A stretch of DNA of 64,000 nucleotides from Candidatus Spongiisociaceae bacterium (GTDB taxonomy: Bacteria > Actinomycetota > Acidimicrobiia > Spongiisociales > Spongiisociaceae). A program made the translations under genes and the position numbers. Every line of letters starts with the position of its first letter. Position 1 is the first letter of the stretch. Positions 61,261 through 64,000 of this stretch are shown here, in pieces. The stretch is taken from positions 3,136,001 to 3,200,000 of the forward strand of contig CBDCOH010000002.1 of NCBI GenBank assembly GCA_965219685.1, given 5' to 3'. Below the pieces are notes generated by a model. The model searched no databases and was not told the DNA's origin. It saw only the letters and a program-made list of their open reading frames with translations.

Positions 61261-62436
61261 ATGACCGATATCGCCGACGTACCCGCTTACGACATCCCCT
61301 TCGACCAGACGGAATACGACGAGCGCCTCGATCGGCTGCGCCGGGCCATGGAGGAACAGCGCCTCGACGGTCTCATCCTCACCGAGCCGTCCGACATCTA
61401 CTACCTGAGCGGCTACGACACGCAGGGGTTCTGGGCCTACCAGGCAATGATCATCCCGGCGGACGGCCCACTCACACTGGTGTGCTTCGTGGAGGAGGTG
61501 CTCCATGCGGAGGCGCGCGGGCTCCAGCATGCCGGGTACGCTTTCGGGGGCGACCACATCCGCATGACGGTCGAGACGGTCGAGCGGTGCGGCCTGGGCA
61601 ACGGTCGCATCGGTGTGGACATCTGGGGCCGTTACCTCCCCACCGGGGTCTTCCAGGAGTTGGAACGGGCCCTCACCGCCGAGCTGGTCGACATAGCCGG
61701 GATGGCCGAGAGGCAGCGCCTGGTCAAGTCGCCTGCCGAGGTTGCCTACATCCGCGAGGCGGCCGCCATCTCCAACGAGGTGATGGGCCGGGTCTACGAC
61801 GCTTTGCGGATCGGGATCAACGACCGAGAGGTAGCCTCGATCCTCGGCTGCGACTCTATCCGCCTCGGCTCCGACTACTTCGCCATGGGTCCCTACGTCC
61901 GGTTCGGTCCCACCATGGTCGAGGGCCATCTCACCTGGCAGGGAAGAACCTTCGATCCCGGCCACGTGGCGGAACTCGAGGTGGCCGCGGTCCGGAGGCG
62001 CTACAACGCCCCCATCCTCCGCTATGCGGTGGCCGGGCCGATCGAGGGTGACCTGGCCGTCTGCGCCGAGGCAGTCCAGCTGGGCATGGAAGCCGTCCGG
62101 GCGGCCACCAGCCCGGGTGCGGTGGGCAGCGAAGTGAGGCAGGCGGCGTACGAGGTGGGCACCGATCACCTGCGTCGCAACGGCGTGGAAGCCACCTACC
62201 TGCCGGGGGGCTACTCCGTGGGGATCGGATACCCGCCGGACTGGACCGAGGCCGACATCATCACCGCCTCCAGCGACTACGTGCTCCAGCCGAACGTCCT
62301 GTTCCACTTCGTCTCGTTCTTCCAGCTCCCCGAATCCCGCATCGGGACCAGCGATGTCGTGCTCGTGACCGAGGACGGATGCGAGTTCCTCAACACCCTG
62401 CAGGCAGGCCCCGTCTCAGTCCAGGACACAGCCTGA
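61261..62436 (+). CDS. M24/creatinase-family hydrolase (ectoine hydrolase DoeA/EutD-like)
   Basis: PFDQTEYDERL, IYYLSGY, RLVKSPAE, RYNAPILR, GYSVGIGYPPDW, NVLFH. Confidence 0.8.
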   Translation: MTDIADVPAYDIPFDQTEYDERLDRLRRAMEEQRLDGLILTEPSDIYYLSGYDTQGFWAYQAMIIPADGPLTLVCFVEEVLHAEARGLQHAGYAFGGDHIRMTVETVERCGLGNGRIGVDIWGRYLPTGVFQELERALTAELVDIAGMAERQRLVKSPAEVAYIREAAAISNEVMGRVYDALRIGINDREVASILGCDSIRLGSDYFAMGPYVRFGPTMVEGHLTWQGRTFDPGHVAELEVAAVRRRYNAPILRYAVAGPIEGDLAVCAEAVQLGMEAVRAATSPGAVGSEVRQAAYEVGTDHLRRNGVEATYLPGGYSVGIGYPPDWTEADIITASSDYVLQPNVLFHFVSFFQLPESRIGTSDVVLVTEDGCEFLNTLQAGPVSVQDTA

Positions 62437-62542
62437 GCAGGAGGCCGCCCGCGGCAGAAGGGAACCCTTAGCCATACGATGGTCCCGACCCGGCACCATC
62501 CCACGCGATAATGTCGGTCGGCTACGGATAGGAGATACAAGC

Positions 62543-63361
62543 ATGCCCGGCTCGGCATCGACGACAACGAACTACACGATGGGCTATGACGAGGACTTCC
62601 TGCAGATGCTCAGGTGGCGCAGTGTGGAGACCCACGCCAGACACCTGCTCCCGCACCTCGAGCCCGGACTCAGCGTGCTCGACTTCGGCTGCGGGCCCGG
62701 AACCCTGTCTGTCGGCCTCGCCAGTGCGGTGGAGCCCGGCGAGTTCCACGGTATCGACATCGAGGAGTCTCAGATCGACCTGGCTCGTGCCGCGGCCCGA
62801 GCCGGCGGTCATGCCAATGCTTCTTTCCGGGTGGGGGACGTTACGGATCTCCCGTACGATGACGACACCTTCGATGTCGCCCACTGCCATACGGTGCTGA
62901 ACCATGTTCCGGACACCGATGCTGTCCTGAGCGAGGTCAGGAGGGTCCTGAAGCCGGGCGGGATCATATCCTGCCGCGAGTTGGTGGCTGCATCCTGCTT
63001 CTCGGAGCCCGCATACAGCCTGGCCGAGGCATGGGCGGTGTTCTCGACGTTGGTGACGGCCAACGGCGGGCACCCTCAGATCGGGAAGGAACTCAAGACC
63101 AAGTTGGTGGAGGCCGGATTCGCGGACATCCGGGCAACCGCTTCCTTCGACACCTTCACCAGCCCCGAGGGCATCGCCGTTCTCGACAGTGTGATCACCG
63201 AGTGGTTCTTCTCACCAAAGGTGATGACCGCCGCCACGACGTACGGGTTGGCAACCGAGGAGCAGTTCGACCAGTGGCGGATCGACCAGGAGAAGTGGAA
63301 GAAGCATCCGGGAGCCGTAGGAGCCATAGCCTTCGGAGAGGCCATAGCCTCCAAGCCGTAA
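62543..63361 (+). CDS. Class I SAM-dependent methyltransferase
   Basis: VLDFGCGPG, GIDIE, GDVTDLPY..DTFD, RVLKPGG. Confidence 0.92.
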   Translation: MPGSASTTTNYTMGYDEDFLQMLRWRSVETHARHLLPHLEPGLSVLDFGCGPGTLSVGLASAVEPGEFHGIDIEESQIDLARAAARAGGHANASFRVGDVTDLPYDDDTFDVAHCHTVLNHVPDTDAVLSEVRRVLKPGGIISCRELVAASCFSEPAYSLAEAWAVFSTLVTANGGHPQIGKELKTKLVEAGFADIRATASFDTFTSPEGIAVLDSVITEWFFSPKVMTAATTYGLATEEQFDQWRIDQEKWKKHPGAVGAIAFGEAIASKP

Positions 63362-63638
63362 CGCCTAGGCGGTCACGACTTCCCGACCAACGGTCGGCTT
63401 TGGCGCGGCCTCCCCGGTCTGCAAGGTGATCGATCATCATGGTTGCAGCGCGACTAACGGCCTAGGGGGGCCGGATCCCCGAGGGAGTCAGCAGTCTCCC
63501 GCCGCTGCCGGCGCTGGCAGGACAGGTCTTTGGGCTTTATCTCCGAAGGAGTCCCCGACAGTGGGCATCGATGGCTCTGCACGTAGACCTCGGAGAGTTA
63601 GTGGGTGTTGTGCCCAAACCCTTCTCCCGGCTGGCTGC

Positions 63639-64000
63639 TCAACTGATGGCTTGACCTGAGAGCACCCGGGCCGGGTTGAGGCGCAGCATCCGATCGATCT
63701 CTTCGTGCGACACGCCGCTCAACCGCAGCCTAGGGATGATCCGGCTGATGAAGTGGTCGTAGCCGTGGCCGCCGTAGGCACCCAGTTCGTGCTTGAAGCA
63801 GATGTCCTGGGCAGGGAAGATGTGGTCCACCAGGCCCGCCTCGATGAGCGAGACGATTGCCGACACGCGGACGTCGTCCGTTGGGAGTTGCCGACGGCGG
63901 CCCCGGTAGTACAGGTGGCGACCGAAGGTATCGAGACCCAGGTTGGCGCCCATGTCCGCCACGCGCCGGTACTTGTCGACGTCGGTGCGGAACCGGTCGT
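63639..64000 (-). CDS. Phosphotriesterase-related protein (C-terminal part, cut by window edge)
   Basis: GANLGLDTFG, AQDICFKH, YGGHGYDH, NPARVL. Confidence 0.85.
   Translation of the reverse strand, partial: DRFRTDVDKYRRVADMGANLGLDTFGRHLYYRGRRRQLPTDDVRVSAIVSLIEAGLVDHIFPAQDICFKHELGAYGGHGYDHFISRIIPRLRLSGVSHEEIDRMLRLNPARVLSGQAIS

Overview
This is a high-GC actinobacterial chromosome segment. It looks Acidimicrobiia-like, which is an inference from nucS, the menaquinone genes and protein style, and the giant repeat protein resembles those seen in host-associated (e.g. sponge symbiont) genomes. The left ~24.9 kb is a decaying integrative element next to tRNA-Lys(TTT). It carries a P4-type tyrosine integrase, an AlpA-like HTH, a putative Rep, DnaB, a frameshifted VirD4-like ATPase, a Replic_Relax protein, a ~2800-aa modular surface protein, a low-GC putative pore-forming (RipA-like) membrane gene and many nested IS remnants (IS1634, IS110, ISL3, IS21, plus one intact IS3). 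The remaining ~39 kb is mostly housekeeping and metabolism (TetR/MFS, men genes, pncAB, nhaA, nucS, trmL, ABC transporters, an orphan catabolic cluster). Top leads: (1) an endonuclease IV + LigD polymerase-domain fusion; (2) a ~235-bp dispersed intergenic element present twice, plus heptamer arrays that abut stop codons; (3) the RipA-like candidate defence gene; (4) a switchable terminator/antiterminator leader upstream of the element's replication operon; (5) a MenF-MenD fusion. No CRISPR array, rRNA or reverse transcriptase was seen. All family calls come from recognising motifs by eye, not from database searches.
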